64,000 nucleotides of DNA. It comes from a virus. Lineage: Duplodnaviria > Caudoviricetes. Position numbers and translations under genes: made by a program. The stretch covers positions 27,234-91,233 of the IMG/VR virus record IMGVR_UViG_3300025372_000014. One strand, 5' to 3'. Shown here piece after piece: positions 38,201 to 48,900 of this stretch (its first letter is position 1; each line of letters opens with the position of its first letter). The notes below the pieces were generated by a model. The model was not told the origin of the DNA, ran no database searches, and was given only the letters and a program-made list of their open reading frames with translations.

Positions 38201-38471
38201 CACATTTAACGGTAAAAATACCTCAAGTGGCAGTGGTGGGGCTGGCGGTATGAGCGTGAATGTAAACGTTAATGGTGCTGCTGGTGGTGGTCAGGGAGGC
38301 ATTAGAGACGAGTTACAGCAGGCTATTCAGACCGCTATAGATGGTGTAATGCAGGCTTTTGGTGATAGATTCCAAAAAACAGAATATAAAGCAAATACTG
38401 GAAATAATCCTCCTCCATCAACAAGCAATCAAGGTGATATAGCTAATGTATATGCCAATCAGAGAAGGTAA
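32289..38471 (+). CDS. tape measure protein with inserted cargo cassette
   Basis: TP901-like TMP core (LFDIAKNTGQSF, LSRQG, VIGNSFKTIFTRL); Gly-rich TM-like segments; four GY(I/V)P(N/D)FA motifs. Confidence 0.9.
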   Translation: MPLETIVNVSANTRPAEQQINQLTGKNYAINLNINSQPLGRITGQLSEFNKSIDAANARVIAFGASAGAISILEKSFHALIDSTIEVQKAMNGIQVILGASEGVMTKFGKNLFDIAKNTGQSFDVVAEAATNLSRQGLGVEETLKRTNDALVLSRITGMGAAESVRALTAAVNSFTSQAVTATEVVNKFATVDSSFAIGAKDLPEAISRVGSAAAQAGVSLDELIALVTSAQVATARGGSVIGNSFKTIFTRLERGKTQDLLESIGVSTKDSEGKLKSTIDMLKDLATVYGSLSQGQQANVAEKVGGVFQINILKAALADLGKENSVYNAALKTSISSTDEATKRNEKLNETYAAQINRLKQSATELAANAGKQVFGPSMDRIIGGGNNILDSLNNIDSNSIGAKLGKGILDGIGQVLAGPGLVLIGGVVIKLLGDLAKFSSGSVKELLGLNAATKQREDIQKSVLEILQKEPDVLAKINAAGKDTTSSAKILLSFLEKQTAQMEMQAKWAGEVAGKLYGGGVRMGGGVPVTKKSAGYIPDFASEEIQAKMLGAKNPRAMWSDGTIGGKKFIKNSEETEIVGYGRNGDSAVIPMYASGYVPNFAGEGSRVQALSEWNRFNLIDDNGKIILANKPSKDLRNWSRNNSGILSEEDILKIKQPEPLTKREKPITSVEDISVSGRGSNKIVNLGNLDLSTLDPSIANKYGVFFPNLGGEVLPISQSVNDISALKSKNVNGNISAKLKTASVFPLNSKESDFDKILEDLFLPPFRNLSDRIASTFLSKDSSIAGELGVDSVLTPSVKGSIFEKALGAASVISKKKFEKDSQEDQRSFDYAPLGDYPSLMDKIKLSSDGAAEAKKSKDAAHNLPSKILTHDSGLLVQLQNKIKEKLEPKIKTAATGYIPNFADALHASIAREIGAGAPAGDIYVKKYGQLTSANNPDGYGVFNKRDEGTMSSEMRAMRKKGYARGYIPNFADDGGGFGAAGGASAGLDLLMALQLIKSSNKEKSEEEKKAAEATKEASTGIKQLTSNIKALSQIDKEIASVSNLKKAATSAISKIRSNELPLDLMGEAVSTVKQSGAEEARLKKQKKDILAEGRASGAFNAKILGVDVGNVESMSTFTGSLKQQAGSLLGKAGKMASNPMLGIAAPLIAGQISELIPKENTGAKQAVSSLGNVASMASTGAMLGGPIGAVAGAAVGAIGEIPNIARAFNSSLPKLTEEADKAKDGFTEFHSTSQSYLQSLQTLEDAVNNGTASETELRKMKQQVSQAYAKFSPDDLKVIKEARQTGGAKGEREAIQDLDQRKKEDAEKKASDLALTKNAEDLRYSFSGMMIPGWAGGGVGAQDTSKVSDMAVSVLTQGLTGKEKLDKLSGVNIGGLLEAGNKKDASAVQGQLMAAGYSEQEAKAEVANLKASKDFSAATAELAEKLVKARVATLAQKKAEDEIIEVRQRDRDMTMQNVGIIQEEIAALKVNIQAQYETERAKIKTEERKQKSATEMAGVRSQGSINVAAAIAGEESPDVIAMKRAKEYSDIELNLNNGIADLKRNSKLSEFNSGEKIQISRLDETGNKAKAAKNARPYETNVGEASQTGLEGYFQKIDLTKGGQQSQIEALSQNILTNNNNYIKGISKYNGKSAMFEQDSLLYGEMGKPEQITQKGQQDAKSVALQRGIQELNETAKDQKKILDERLHFEELAANIKSLQSSFGGGNAFVNGKDVTGDLISQFLQGSALKKPIDTTQSLIRNGLELKSAGIDVNKPLSEQKTNAGSLSQAAELGRNYYKTNRSLKDIFGGEISGGPGDKFQKTMEVGRQADLMRQYKDLETAAKTGTPEQKEAFSRYSQSFMSKTGKSNMTDAFGYKAQLEASMETGHLTDQQKVMADKFGYNKGGNAVTDLLGYNYKEVAPIFDKKGKRDTVAEQKKSDEINQGINNVLGKDFKLNSVGKDESVVALNAGLRIQTAILQEVQKIGDTFNGKNTSSGSGGAGGMSVNVNVNGAAGGGQGGIRDELQQAIQTAIDGVMQAFGDRFQKTEYKANTGNNPPPSTSNQGDIANVYANQRR

Positions 38472-38476
38472 TAAAA

Positions 38477-40018
38477 ATGAACTTTGCTAATGCTACTATA
38501 TTATCTGTCAGCAGAAAATCTGAGTTTTTATCTAATACTGTTAGATACCGTTCTACTTTACAATTAAATGTAGAAGGGTTATTACTGGAATTGACAAATT
38601 CTAGTGGGGTGGCCTATATTATATCTGACCTTTTAGATTTGCAGTCGCAATCTGACAACTGGCAAGATATTAATATTAATGGATATAATTTTGGGCAGGG
38701 TATTATTTCTTCCATTAGTTTTTCAGAGGGGAATGATGTTAGAACAAAAAAATATAATGTCAATATTACTGTCCCACAAGATGGAGATCTTTCTAGTGTA
38801 GTTGGAGAGGACTATACAGGTTTAGCTTATCAAAATATTAAATATATAGAAGGTTTTTCTGAGTCTAGTGCATATGATAAGCAGGTAAAAAAAGAAACAT
38901 ATTCTCAGTCAATTAAGTTTTCAATTCGTGGCCCCTACTCTCTAAATGCCGTCGGTGCCGCACAGTCATTGGCCGCTGATTTTTTTGCGCATAATGACTT
39001 AATAAATACTGTTGGAAATAAATATTCTGATAGTATCATATATAGAAAGTTTTATAATGAGAGCTATGATAGTATTAATAATAGGTATGAGTTTTCTAGA
39101 AATTATGAAACTAGTACGGATTCAAATGGTCAATATTCAGTTTTTAGATCTCACGGGCTAACTTTTGATCAGGCTGGAATTGCGAATGTAAAGGAAAAGG
39201 CTGAATATATTGGGCATACTAGTGTACCATTTGATACTGTATCCCAGCAGGCAAATTCGGATATACAGGGTGCATTAGGTAGGTGCCAAGCGGTATTTTC
39301 TGCTTATTTAGATGAAACAAATGCCTCGCTATTAAGTACGCCTATTACAAAGTCTTTTGCTTCCTTACCTTTTGATGGTAAGATAAATTATGAAGTAACC
39401 TTTACTAATTCTAACCGTGTCAAAGATACATATTTTTGGAACTATGAGATTAGTATGGAAAAAACTTTGGGTGGAAATTATATAGCTACTGAGCATGGAG
39501 AAGTAGTTGGTTTTGGCCACATAATTGAAGCTAAATACAACAATGCCCTTGGCGCATGGAATACTAGCATTCAATCTGGAATACAGTCTCGTGTTAGCAG
39601 TTATTATACTGGCGGTTCTAGTTTAAAACTCACAACAGAAAGTACCACCCTACAGAAAGTGCAGGGAAAAATTGCCTATTCTAATAAATATACTGATAGT
39701 GACTCTATAAGAGACTCTACTGATATAAGAAAGGTTGTCGCAACGATTAGTAAACAGGCCAGCAGGCATTTGGTGAGTTATTTTAATATTATTAATGTTA
39801 AAGAGATTGCGCAGATTCAACCTAATACATTACCTGTAGAAACATCTTTTTCTGTAGATATGAATGGTAGCGCGCGCGCTGTTTTGGATGATTATTTAAG
39901 TATTGCAAAGGGGTACGTTCAGGCCCCCTCACCGGGGTTTATTGCAGATGCCAACTATTCGTTTGATCCATCGGCAAGATCATTCAAATTATCCGTTTCT
40001 ACTCTTTCATTCGAGTAA
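38477..40018 (+). CDS. tail tip/distal tail protein (putative)
   Basis: follows TMP; repeated beta-strand modules. Confidence 0.5.
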   Translation: MNFANATILSVSRKSEFLSNTVRYRSTLQLNVEGLLLELTNSSGVAYIISDLLDLQSQSDNWQDININGYNFGQGIISSISFSEGNDVRTKKYNVNITVPQDGDLSSVVGEDYTGLAYQNIKYIEGFSESSAYDKQVKKETYSQSIKFSIRGPYSLNAVGAAQSLAADFFAHNDLINTVGNKYSDSIIYRKFYNESYDSINNRYEFSRNYETSTDSNGQYSVFRSHGLTFDQAGIANVKEKAEYIGHTSVPFDTVSQQANSDIQGALGRCQAVFSAYLDETNASLLSTPITKSFASLPFDGKINYEVTFTNSNRVKDTYFWNYEISMEKTLGGNYIATEHGEVVGFGHIIEAKYNNALGAWNTSIQSGIQSRVSSYYTGGSSLKLTTESTTLQKVQGKIAYSNKYTDSDSIRDSTDIRKVVATISKQASRHLVSYFNIINVKEIAQIQPNTLPVETSFSVDMNGSARAVLDDYLSIAKGYVQAPSPGFIADANYSFDPSARSFKLSVSTLSFE

Positions 40019-40052
40019 TATATCTAAAAAAGTGTAAATAAATTAGGTATTT

Positions 40053-41633
40053 ATGGTCAAGGTATATTATAACGGAAGCAATCCATTTTTGGGCATTTCT
40101 CCAACACCCTTTGTTGCGATAAATGACGATATGGTCAATTATGGCCAAAGATGGGGTGCAGTACAAAAAATCACTCTAAAAGGCATGCTAACTGGTGCCT
40201 GTAATCCGAGCCTTGGAAATAATCAGTTATTGGAAAATCAACAGTCTTTATTTAATAGCTTTTCCACTGATTTTAAAAAATTAGAAATTATAGATTCTAA
40301 TTCTACTGTATTTAGTGCGGACTATGCAAAAATTGATAGTATAGATTTTGATGCATCTTCTTACGTAGCTGGTGTGCCATTTAAAGTAAATATTACGGCA
40401 TTTCCATCTAATATGTTTAATGGCGTTTATGGCGTATTGGATCCTGTGTCGGTAATTAGGTACTCTCAGCAGAACAATGGTATTGTTAATATAAGCAGAA
40501 ATATATCTGCTAAGGGTTTTAATACATCAAATACATCAAATAATGCCCTAGATAACGCTAGAAATTATGTTCAATCTTTAACTGGTACGGCGATAATACC
40601 TCCACATTTTATATCTTTAACTCCAAATTTATGCCCAAGAAAGGTTGTTGAGAATATTAATAGAATGGAAGGCACATATGGCGTTGATATAGATTATACA
40701 CAAAGAATTAATTCTTCATCTTCCGTATTGCTATCATATAGTGTCGATATTTCTTACGAAGAAGAGCGCGGAATTTATAATGTAGCATTAAAAGGTAATT
40801 TGAATGGAGGAGATTGTAGGCAGATGTCTGAGCTAAGAAATAGTTATACAAGTTTTCAACCTTATAATATAGCTAGTACTAACCTATATAAACAGGCGAC
40901 AAATGTGGTATTAAATCCAGAGCCAGATAATTTTTCAATTGAAGAGGACGAGGCAAGTAATACTATAAATTTTAGCTATGCCTATACAACTGATCCGCAG
41001 CAGGTTAAATTTGATTATTCAGTAGATGTCCAAAATGAATATCTATCCGATAAAGCAACTGTTACATTAAATGGTAGTTTTGTTGCCAGAGGGCCACAGA
41101 CAACTAGAATGGGCAAAGCAGAATCTGCGCTTGCCAGTTTTAAGCCACTACCCATATGTGAAGCAGCATATCAAAACAATATCTCTGCACGATCAGTCCC
41201 TCTTAATCCAAATTTTAAGAGTTACAATATAACTAGAGACCTAACATCTAATATAATTAAGGTGCAGGCAAGTTTTGATAATTCAATTACTCTTGCTGGT
41301 GCAAAGGTATTTAATTATAATATATCTATAACACCCAGCCTAAATGCGTTTGGGCCGGTACAGTTTTTAGACGGCTCAAATGGTTTTTTTGATTTAAAGT
41401 ATTTTAAAAGGGGGAAAATGAGTATACAGGGATCCGCATTATATAGTGAATCTTCAGACCAGACCGATATGGTAAGATCAACTGCGAATGGATTGCTGAT
41501 AAAATACTTAGGGCAAAATTCAGTACTAACTGAAAGCAAGGTAGAAAGAAAATTACAGTCCGAAGATAATGGATATGTATATAGTTTTAATATAGCATAT
41601 ACATGTGAAACACCAGTATTCTCCATACAATGA
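40053..41633 (+). CDS. tail tip protein, likely paralogue of 38477..40018
   Basis: similar size and motifs (I.SISF / IDSIDF, F.V.IT); GTGTAA at 40032. Confidence 0.5.
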   Translation: MVKVYYNGSNPFLGISPTPFVAINDDMVNYGQRWGAVQKITLKGMLTGACNPSLGNNQLLENQQSLFNSFSTDFKKLEIIDSNSTVFSADYAKIDSIDFDASSYVAGVPFKVNITAFPSNMFNGVYGVLDPVSVIRYSQQNNGIVNISRNISAKGFNTSNTSNNALDNARNYVQSLTGTAIIPPHFISLTPNLCPRKVVENINRMEGTYGVDIDYTQRINSSSSVLLSYSVDISYEEERGIYNVALKGNLNGGDCRQMSELRNSYTSFQPYNIASTNLYKQATNVVLNPEPDNFSIEEDEASNTINFSYAYTTDPQQVKFDYSVDVQNEYLSDKATVTLNGSFVARGPQTTRMGKAESALASFKPLPICEAAYQNNISARSVPLNPNFKSYNITRDLTSNIIKVQASFDNSITLAGAKVFNYNISITPSLNAFGPVQFLDGSNGFFDLKYFKRGKMSIQGSALYSESSDQTDMVRSTANGLLIKYLGQNSVLTESKVERKLQSEDNGYVYSFNIAYTCETPVFSIQ

Positions 41634-43423
41634 AAAATGCCATACAATACTATTTAAACCTTTTTAATAGCGTTGCGAATAAAAATGCTGCGGTATATTT
41701 TGACTTTACTACCAGTGGTAGTGGTATTGTAAATAATATCACCGGAACCAGTGGTTATTTAAATGGTAATATAATTAATTATGCTGATAATTTTTGGAAT
41801 ACAAGTGGTTCTGGATTTTTAAATAATAGTTATATAACAATTAGTACAACTGGTGATATAGATCTGAATTATGGAACATATTCCATGATTTATCAGAAAA
41901 CTTCTCCCGGTGGTGCAACGTTAATATCTACAATCGATACTGGTTATGATAGTGTTTCGGGTTTTTATAATAAGGGCTATGAGTTCGGCGTTACAGCAAA
42001 TAATAAATTATATTTTGAATATTATTCTCAGGATGGCCCAACTGTACTAATATCTGATTATATAGTCTCAGATAAATCTTCCGTATTTTTAAACCTTGAT
42101 AATGATGCGGTATCTTTTGGATATTATGATTTTTTTAGATCTAAATTAAACTCTAATATTTTCTCTATTAATAATTCTTACTTATTTAACACAACAGGAA
42201 TAAATATTGGTTATAATCCAAGGGCTTCTGGCGGTTATTCTTATAATAAACAGTTTACTGGATTTATTGATCAGTTTTTTCTCTTTAGTCCCCCAATTTA
42301 TACTTTTGATATTATAAATTTAAATAGTGGCTATGCAAATAGTTATAACTCTGGTACCTCATATGTAACATATTTACCAGTAACTGGGGTCACTGGATAT
42401 TCTACTGGTATAACTGGATTTTATACTACTGTAACAGGATATACAACTGTAGCTACTGGTGTAATTTATGATGATTTTGGCAATCAGTTTAGCGGTTTTG
42501 CAACGTCACCATTAACTGGTACATATTATGGTACCGGAATAATACCATTAACAGGCGTTTCTATTGTACCGTTTACTGGAATAAATACAGGGGATTATCT
42601 TGTTTATAATTCAGGATATATAGCAGAATTTGGAAAAAGAAATATTTCTATATTAAAAAAATTAGATAGCTCTGATTTTATAGAGGTAAGTGTTCCAGAT
42701 CATAATTATAATCCAATTTATCAAAATAATTTAGTCACCAAGTACGATTATGTACAAAACTCCTTTTTTAATAGCTATATAAAACAGAATCCCAGTATGA
42801 ATTTTATTGTTTTTGTTAATGGCGTAGCCCAGAACTCTGGAACATACATTTCATCTGGAAGCGTATATTCTTCAGTCAATATACAAAAAAATGACTACAT
42901 TGTTACAAACAATAATGAAATATCATTTAATATATTATTTGACCCTTCTGATAATATATCAGTAGATATGGTTTCAGGAATTTATAATACTGGATTTTAT
43001 ATAGAAAATTTCTATTATAATCCTTTATTGTCTTCCATATCATTGCCTTGGCCAACAAATTATAATGTATTTTTCAATGGACAGAAACTCACTAGCGGCC
43101 AAGATTCGCAAATAGGTGTTAATGCGCAGTATGGTGTTAATTCTACTGGTATTTACTTTAAATATATAAATATATTTTCTGGAGTTAGTGGACAGCTTTT
43201 CGCGCTGCCTAAAAATTTTAATATTACATCTACTGGCCTAGGTACCCATTTAGTTACATTTGACCAAACATTTTATGATAATTATTCTGAGGTGTATATG
43301 AATGGTGTAAGATTATCGCCAAATAATGATTATTTGGAACTACCTATAATAGATTCAAATGCCGGTACTGGTATTTTTGATATTAAAACTGGAATATTAT
43401 ATAATAATAATCAATCTTTTTAA
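41630..43423 (+). CDS. LamG/concanavalin-A-like domain tail protein with a TG-rich stalk
   Basis: VYFDF...; FTGFIDQFFLFSPPI; VF.NG repeats. Confidence 0.65.
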   Translation: MKNAIQYYLNLFNSVANKNAAVYFDFTTSGSGIVNNITGTSGYLNGNIINYADNFWNTSGSGFLNNSYITISTTGDIDLNYGTYSMIYQKTSPGGATLISTIDTGYDSVSGFYNKGYEFGVTANNKLYFEYYSQDGPTVLISDYIVSDKSSVFLNLDNDAVSFGYYDFFRSKLNSNIFSINNSYLFNTTGINIGYNPRASGGYSYNKQFTGFIDQFFLFSPPIYTFDIINLNSGYANSYNSGTSYVTYLPVTGVTGYSTGITGFYTTVTGYTTVATGVIYDDFGNQFSGFATSPLTGTYYGTGIIPLTGVSIVPFTGINTGDYLVYNSGYIAEFGKRNISILKKLDSSDFIEVSVPDHNYNPIYQNNLVTKYDYVQNSFFNSYIKQNPSMNFIVFVNGVAQNSGTYISSGSVYSSVNIQKNDYIVTNNNEISFNILFDPSDNISVDMVSGIYNTGFYIENFYYNPLLSSISLPWPTNYNVFFNGQKLTSGQDSQIGVNAQYGVNSTGIYFKYINIFSGVSGQLFALPKNFNITSTGLGTHLVTFDQTFYDNYSEVYMNGVRLSPNNDYLELPIIDSNAGTGIFDIKTGILYNNNQSF

Positions 43424-43425
43424 AA

Positions 43426-45987
43426 ATGAGTCAGAATAAGATATTAGATGTTGGCAAAATAGAAGGAAATTTTTATGGTGGACTACCATATGATGCCAGC
43501 TGGAATTTTAATGATGGCAACTCACCATCTACGTTAAAGATAAGCGTGGTAAATGCTGAAGGAAAATATCCAGATTTAGATCGGGAGCTTTCTTACACGA
43601 AGACAGTTACTGTTAAGCTAGGGCAATTTTCATTTCAAGGGTATTTAGTTTCATATGAAATTGATAAAACACCGCAACAGAAATTATTGCATTTAAATTA
43701 TGTTGACATGAGTGTTGCACTAGATCAGTATTATGTTGGTCTATATAAAAGACATGGAGGAACTGGCGCTCCCGCAAAAAATTTAATAATAGTAGGTAAA
43801 GAATACCATCCTTGTGATAAAAATAAAGATTCAACTGTTAGTACGCTAGAAACTAAAGCAATAATAGATCCATGTGATCCATGTCCATATATGCCAAATG
43901 ATAAATATAAGAGTTCTTGTGATCCAGTTAGAAGTGATTTTCAAATATGGGAAGTATTTTATACATTTAATGATCTTTTAGCCCAACTACCAGTTTCATC
44001 TGATCATAGTAATGCCAAAGATACCAATTATAAAGCACAGCATACAGGGAGTTTGAAAAGTGTTCTTGGAGCATGGTGTTCAGATTTAGGTTTAGCATAT
44101 TATTGGGATCCATTTAAAAGCAAATTATTTTTTGTTGATAGAAGTAAACCTTTAGAAGTACCAAGTGATTTGGATTCAATTCCGAATATTATAGAATATA
44201 AATCAGGTGCAAGTAAACAAAATACATTTGCAAGAGGCTTTATTGGTTATTTTGGGAAACAAGGGGAAATTAAACAGTATACATGCACTCTTGATCCAAC
44301 TAATAGTTTTCAAACGCTTCAGCCACTTACAGTAGCTGATCTATATAATCAGAATAACTACCCAAGAGAAGGCGAGATTGCTGCAAAAGAAATATGCTCG
44401 GTTTTTTCTAGATATGGTAAGCCATTAAGAGATGCTTATCTTTGGTATGGTTTTTACAAGCTTAATACTGCAAAAGATACCGAAAAGGTTACATATGCTA
44501 ATCGTCCTGGGGGTAGCAGTGGCGGTAGCCCTGACAATATTTTAAACCAGTTTGGAGGAATGAAAATTTTGGGAGTGTATAGCCAAACAGCCCAAAAACC
44601 CGAAAATCAGGCGGCACATGCATCGCTAGCTCAATTTATAAAAAATGATAATAATGATCCTACAGAGAAAACAAATCCAACTTATTATTTTTTAGCAGAT
44701 GTTAATGATGAAGTAGTATCTACCCAGTTTCAATCAGAACAGAATATAGCGCAAAATTTTCTTGGTAGATATTGGTATAAACCATACAATACACTTATTC
44801 CGGGCGCAGATAATGCACATACACAATATACAGCAGAGGCACCAGATGGTGCTCAAGTGCAATGGTATATTGCCAGAAAAGATGTTTCAGCGGTACCTAT
44901 TTTTGGTTTTGGGCATGAAGATGGCTCGCCTATTGGTAAGCTATACGAAAATATACAAAAAGATGCGCAGGCAAATGAAAATCCTTACAAAAATAGCGCG
45001 GCAGGCTCTGGTCAAGGAAAAGCGGCTGTTAGCGCTTTTTTATTAATGGATAGGGCATCTAAATTTTCGCCTAATGAAAGTGAAACAAAATATTATCAAT
45101 CACTTTTCGACTGGTATGAAAAGTATGTACCGAGTCCAGTGGTAGGGCTTGATAATTCTGTTTTATCTTCACTTCCTGGTTATGATGCTAATTTTAAAAA
45201 TTTAAAACTATTTAAAGTTAGGGAGTACAGTGACTTTAAGACGGATCTTCAATCCGCATCTAACCCTTTGGAGCCTGCCTCCATGACAATGAAAACGCAA
45301 ACTACTCAAAATTCACTTGGAAATCCAGTGGTTACAAATATAGGTCAATACGGTTTAGTATCAAACCAGTCGGCACAAATTAGGGTCGGTAGTAGCCAAA
45401 AGGTAGATATGGTTATATATACGCCCCCACAGTCGATACAAGCGTTATTCGGCGGATCTAGTAGTTCCTCTGCGGCTGGCTATAAAGTATATGTACAACC
45501 CTCTGCTACATTCCCTAAAATAATACCAAAGGTTCAGTATACTTACTCTGTTAATGCGGGCAGTGCAGATGTCGCAAAATTGGATTATAACTACAAGGAG
45601 ATACAAGAAGATAATATTAATCTTATTAATGGTCAGAAATGTGTTATTGCAGATTCAAGCATTAAAGATTATGTGAAAGGAATTAGCCAAAAATCTGCAT
45701 ATTTTCAAGACAAACCATTAAAAACTATTACTATAAAATTACCAGGTATTGTTCCTAAGATATATAGCGTTGATCAGGCACTTAATTCTATACAAATAAA
45801 TATCACTGAAAATGGGAGTTTTACCACTTATTCATTTGAAGATAAAGTAATACAGCCACCAAGTGATGATTATATAACACAACAATATCTTTTAGATAGG
45901 TCTAAGCCGCAAAAATCTGTTGGGGGCAATAGCATTACGGCTGGAGAGATAACTAATATAAAAGCAGGAATGAGTAGCACTAATTAA
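43426..45987 (+). CDS. baseplate hub/central tail protein (putative)
   Basis: PSTLKISVV, FQGYLVSY, WCSDLGLAYYWD hub-like pattern. Confidence 0.55.
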   Translation: MSQNKILDVGKIEGNFYGGLPYDASWNFNDGNSPSTLKISVVNAEGKYPDLDRELSYTKTVTVKLGQFSFQGYLVSYEIDKTPQQKLLHLNYVDMSVALDQYYVGLYKRHGGTGAPAKNLIIVGKEYHPCDKNKDSTVSTLETKAIIDPCDPCPYMPNDKYKSSCDPVRSDFQIWEVFYTFNDLLAQLPVSSDHSNAKDTNYKAQHTGSLKSVLGAWCSDLGLAYYWDPFKSKLFFVDRSKPLEVPSDLDSIPNIIEYKSGASKQNTFARGFIGYFGKQGEIKQYTCTLDPTNSFQTLQPLTVADLYNQNNYPREGEIAAKEICSVFSRYGKPLRDAYLWYGFYKLNTAKDTEKVTYANRPGGSSGGSPDNILNQFGGMKILGVYSQTAQKPENQAAHASLAQFIKNDNNDPTEKTNPTYYFLADVNDEVVSTQFQSEQNIAQNFLGRYWYKPYNTLIPGADNAHTQYTAEAPDGAQVQWYIARKDVSAVPIFGFGHEDGSPIGKLYENIQKDAQANENPYKNSAAGSGQGKAAVSAFLLMDRASKFSPNESETKYYQSLFDWYEKYVPSPVVGLDNSVLSSLPGYDANFKNLKLFKVREYSDFKTDLQSASNPLEPASMTMKTQTTQNSLGNPVVTNIGQYGLVSNQSAQIRVGSSQKVDMVIYTPPQSIQALFGGSSSSSAAGYKVYVQPSATFPKIIPKVQYTYSVNAGSADVAKLDYNYKEIQEDNINLINGQKCVIADSSIKDYVKGISQKSAYFQDKPLKTITIKLPGIVPKIYSVDQALNSIQINITENGSFTTYSFEDKVIQPPSDDYITQQYLLDRSKPQKSVGGNSITAGEITNIKAGMSSTN

Positions 45988-45991
45988 TATT

Positions 45992-48900
45992 ATGTTTATA
46001 AGTGGAACCAATTATAGAAGTATATACCAACAAACTGGATTGAGTTGGCAGTTTTCTTTTTCTTTGCCATATACTACTGGTGATTTTGTTTTTTCATTTT
46101 CTGGACAATCTGGAAACTGCCCTATTTTTGAAACAAAAAATGGTAAAATTTTTGATCCATATGGTTCATTGGTAGCATCTTATACAGCCAATAATTTATT
46201 GTCATTATCTGGAAATATATCACCAAATAAGATTGACCTATACCAGAATTATAGTCCATTATATTTAGGACTGAATAGGCCAAGTGCTGGGGCTATATCT
46301 TCTATAGTTTTAGATATAAAAAATAATTCTTATATAGATTTTAATTCACTTACTGTTTATGGTGATATTCCTAATCAGGTACTTGGAACTACAGTGCCGA
46401 GTGGGTATGAACCATTTTTATCTTTTGCTTCTGGGGATGTGATTCGGTATCCAATTGTTAATACCACTAGCAGTAATGTGATTATTACATCCGGTCAATC
46501 ACAAAATAATAATTTTGCCATAAGCGGAATTGACCCATCTACTGGAATTCTTATTCCGCCATATTCTACTGGATATATTTATATAGCAAATACCTCCAAT
46601 TCTATTATTGAATACAATCAAGATATTCCAATCAGTTTATCTACAAGTGCTGGAAATCAAACTATAAATATAAATGTTTCTGGATTACCAATTATAAATA
46701 ACGACTACTATGTGGTCATAGGCCCAAATAATACTCAAATAAATAATGGTGGCTCCAATTTTTATAATATACTTTTAAAGAACCCAGTTGGAACTAATCT
46801 TAGTATAAATATGGATTATGTAAGTGGTGTTACTGGAGCATACAGTATACCGGTGTTTTCTAGCGGGTATTTTTCTGGTTTAGCTTCTAGTGGTTTTATA
46901 TCGGGAAGTGGATATACAAGCTCTGTATCTACTGGTCTAATTTCTGGATACAATGCTTTATTATCTGCCTATGAATTTGGAACTGGTAGTGGTATAGTTA
47001 GCCAATTTAAAATTGCTGATAATCAAGTTATAACTGGTACTTATAGAATACCAGCAACTGGAATAGGTAGTGTTAATACAATAGGAACTGTATTAGGTAC
47101 TGGATATAATACTGGAATTTTTTATACTGGATATATTAGCTATATTGGAGGAAATATAGTTGGCAGCGCATCGGGGTTGGGTACTGGTTTTATTAATGAA
47201 CAGCAGGTAACGGGAACTATAAATACCGGTGTGTCTAATATTTTTGTTCCATATACTGGAAAAATAACTGGGAATTTTAGTTCTGGACAATATACGAATG
47301 TTAATTTAAGTAGTGGGCCGCTTTATATAACTGGAAATTTTTCAAAACCAATGCACTTGGTTGGATATGGTATGGCGACTGGTGGCGTAACTAGTGGGAT
47401 ATTTGGAGGAGATTTGGGATATGTATATGATCCGGGACTTTATACTTTTTATGCAGATTATACTGGACTTTATAGCGGGAAGGCGCTCCCCATAACAGGA
47501 TTTGATCCTGTAGACTTAGGAAATAATTCTGGTGATATATCTGGTTTGCTAGTTATACATAATATACAAACCGTTGTTACTGGAGACACGTGTTATGTAG
47601 ATTTTGATAAAATAGAATTTTCAAGCACGGGTTTTATAGATACATTTTATGCTTTTGGTGACGATAAGCAACCATTTACTGGATTTAACACCTTCCCATT
47701 GGTTCCTATTAACTATTCTGGAGAATTTGAGTTTGAAAACTCTACTGGCTCGGCATATACAGGATTTGGTTATCAGTTACCCAGAACACAAATTTCTAGA
47801 TCTACGCCTACAATTAGCGGATCTGGAATGTTTAATAATGTATTTCAGCCGCCTAATTTTGATCCATTAGGGAATTCTGGCGATCAATATTCAGGATATA
47901 ATAGTGGAGACTTTATTGGATGGACAGAAACTATGGGGACGGCAATAACTCGTGATATGGTTTATACGGGAACCACGCCAGGTTTAAATTATGTATCAGG
48001 TGATTTTGACTTGAGTGATTTATTTATTACGAATGAAGATGGATATTCAGTGAGTAATTATGCGCAGATGAATTTGAGTATTACTGGAAAAGACAGTTAT
48101 CCTCTTAATTTGACAGTTGATATACCACAAGAAAGGAAAATGCTTTATTTAAATGTATATAAAACAAACTACTCTAGTGGCTATGGATATTACAATAGTT
48201 TTGTACGCTCTGTTAGTGGTGGATATCATTATACTACAAGTGGCCAAGATGGGTGCGCTGATATTTTAGTTCAATGTGGAGATAGAATGTTTACTGATAA
48301 TTATTCGTACACTAGTGGAGATTATATTCTAATAGTTTCGGGGAAAACAATTCCTGTAACTTATAAGGACTCTTGGGTATCTTTAGGTAATTCTTCGTAT
48401 TTAGGAAGAAAAGGTGGTGTCATGGGTTTTGATATAATTAGAACTGGATATTTGAATTATCCCCTATCCGGTATCGCAACTGCCAATATAACCTCTCAAA
48501 ATTATCCTATTCAGTTAGATCCCTCTATCCCTATTACTTGGGATATATACATGAATCCAGGCGAGTCATTGCAAACATATGGTTTTGGTATATATCCAGA
48601 TGCGGCACTTCAACAGGACTGGGGTGGAACAATAAATATACAATTTTTTAATCCGGCCTGTTCTTGCGGTAATGACCCATTTGTTTCGCCTAACATAATA
48701 AATACAAACAGTATTACTTCTTGTAATTTTTTAGTGCAGGATATGGTCGAGCACGAGATAGCAAATCGTCATGCTATTTATCGATTAACAAGTGGATGTG
48801 CATGTGGTTTTATAACACCAATTAAAATAACTGATTATTTTACACAGTGTGGTAAACTTCATATTTCTGGATATACAAGTCCAAGTGCCAATTGTTTAAT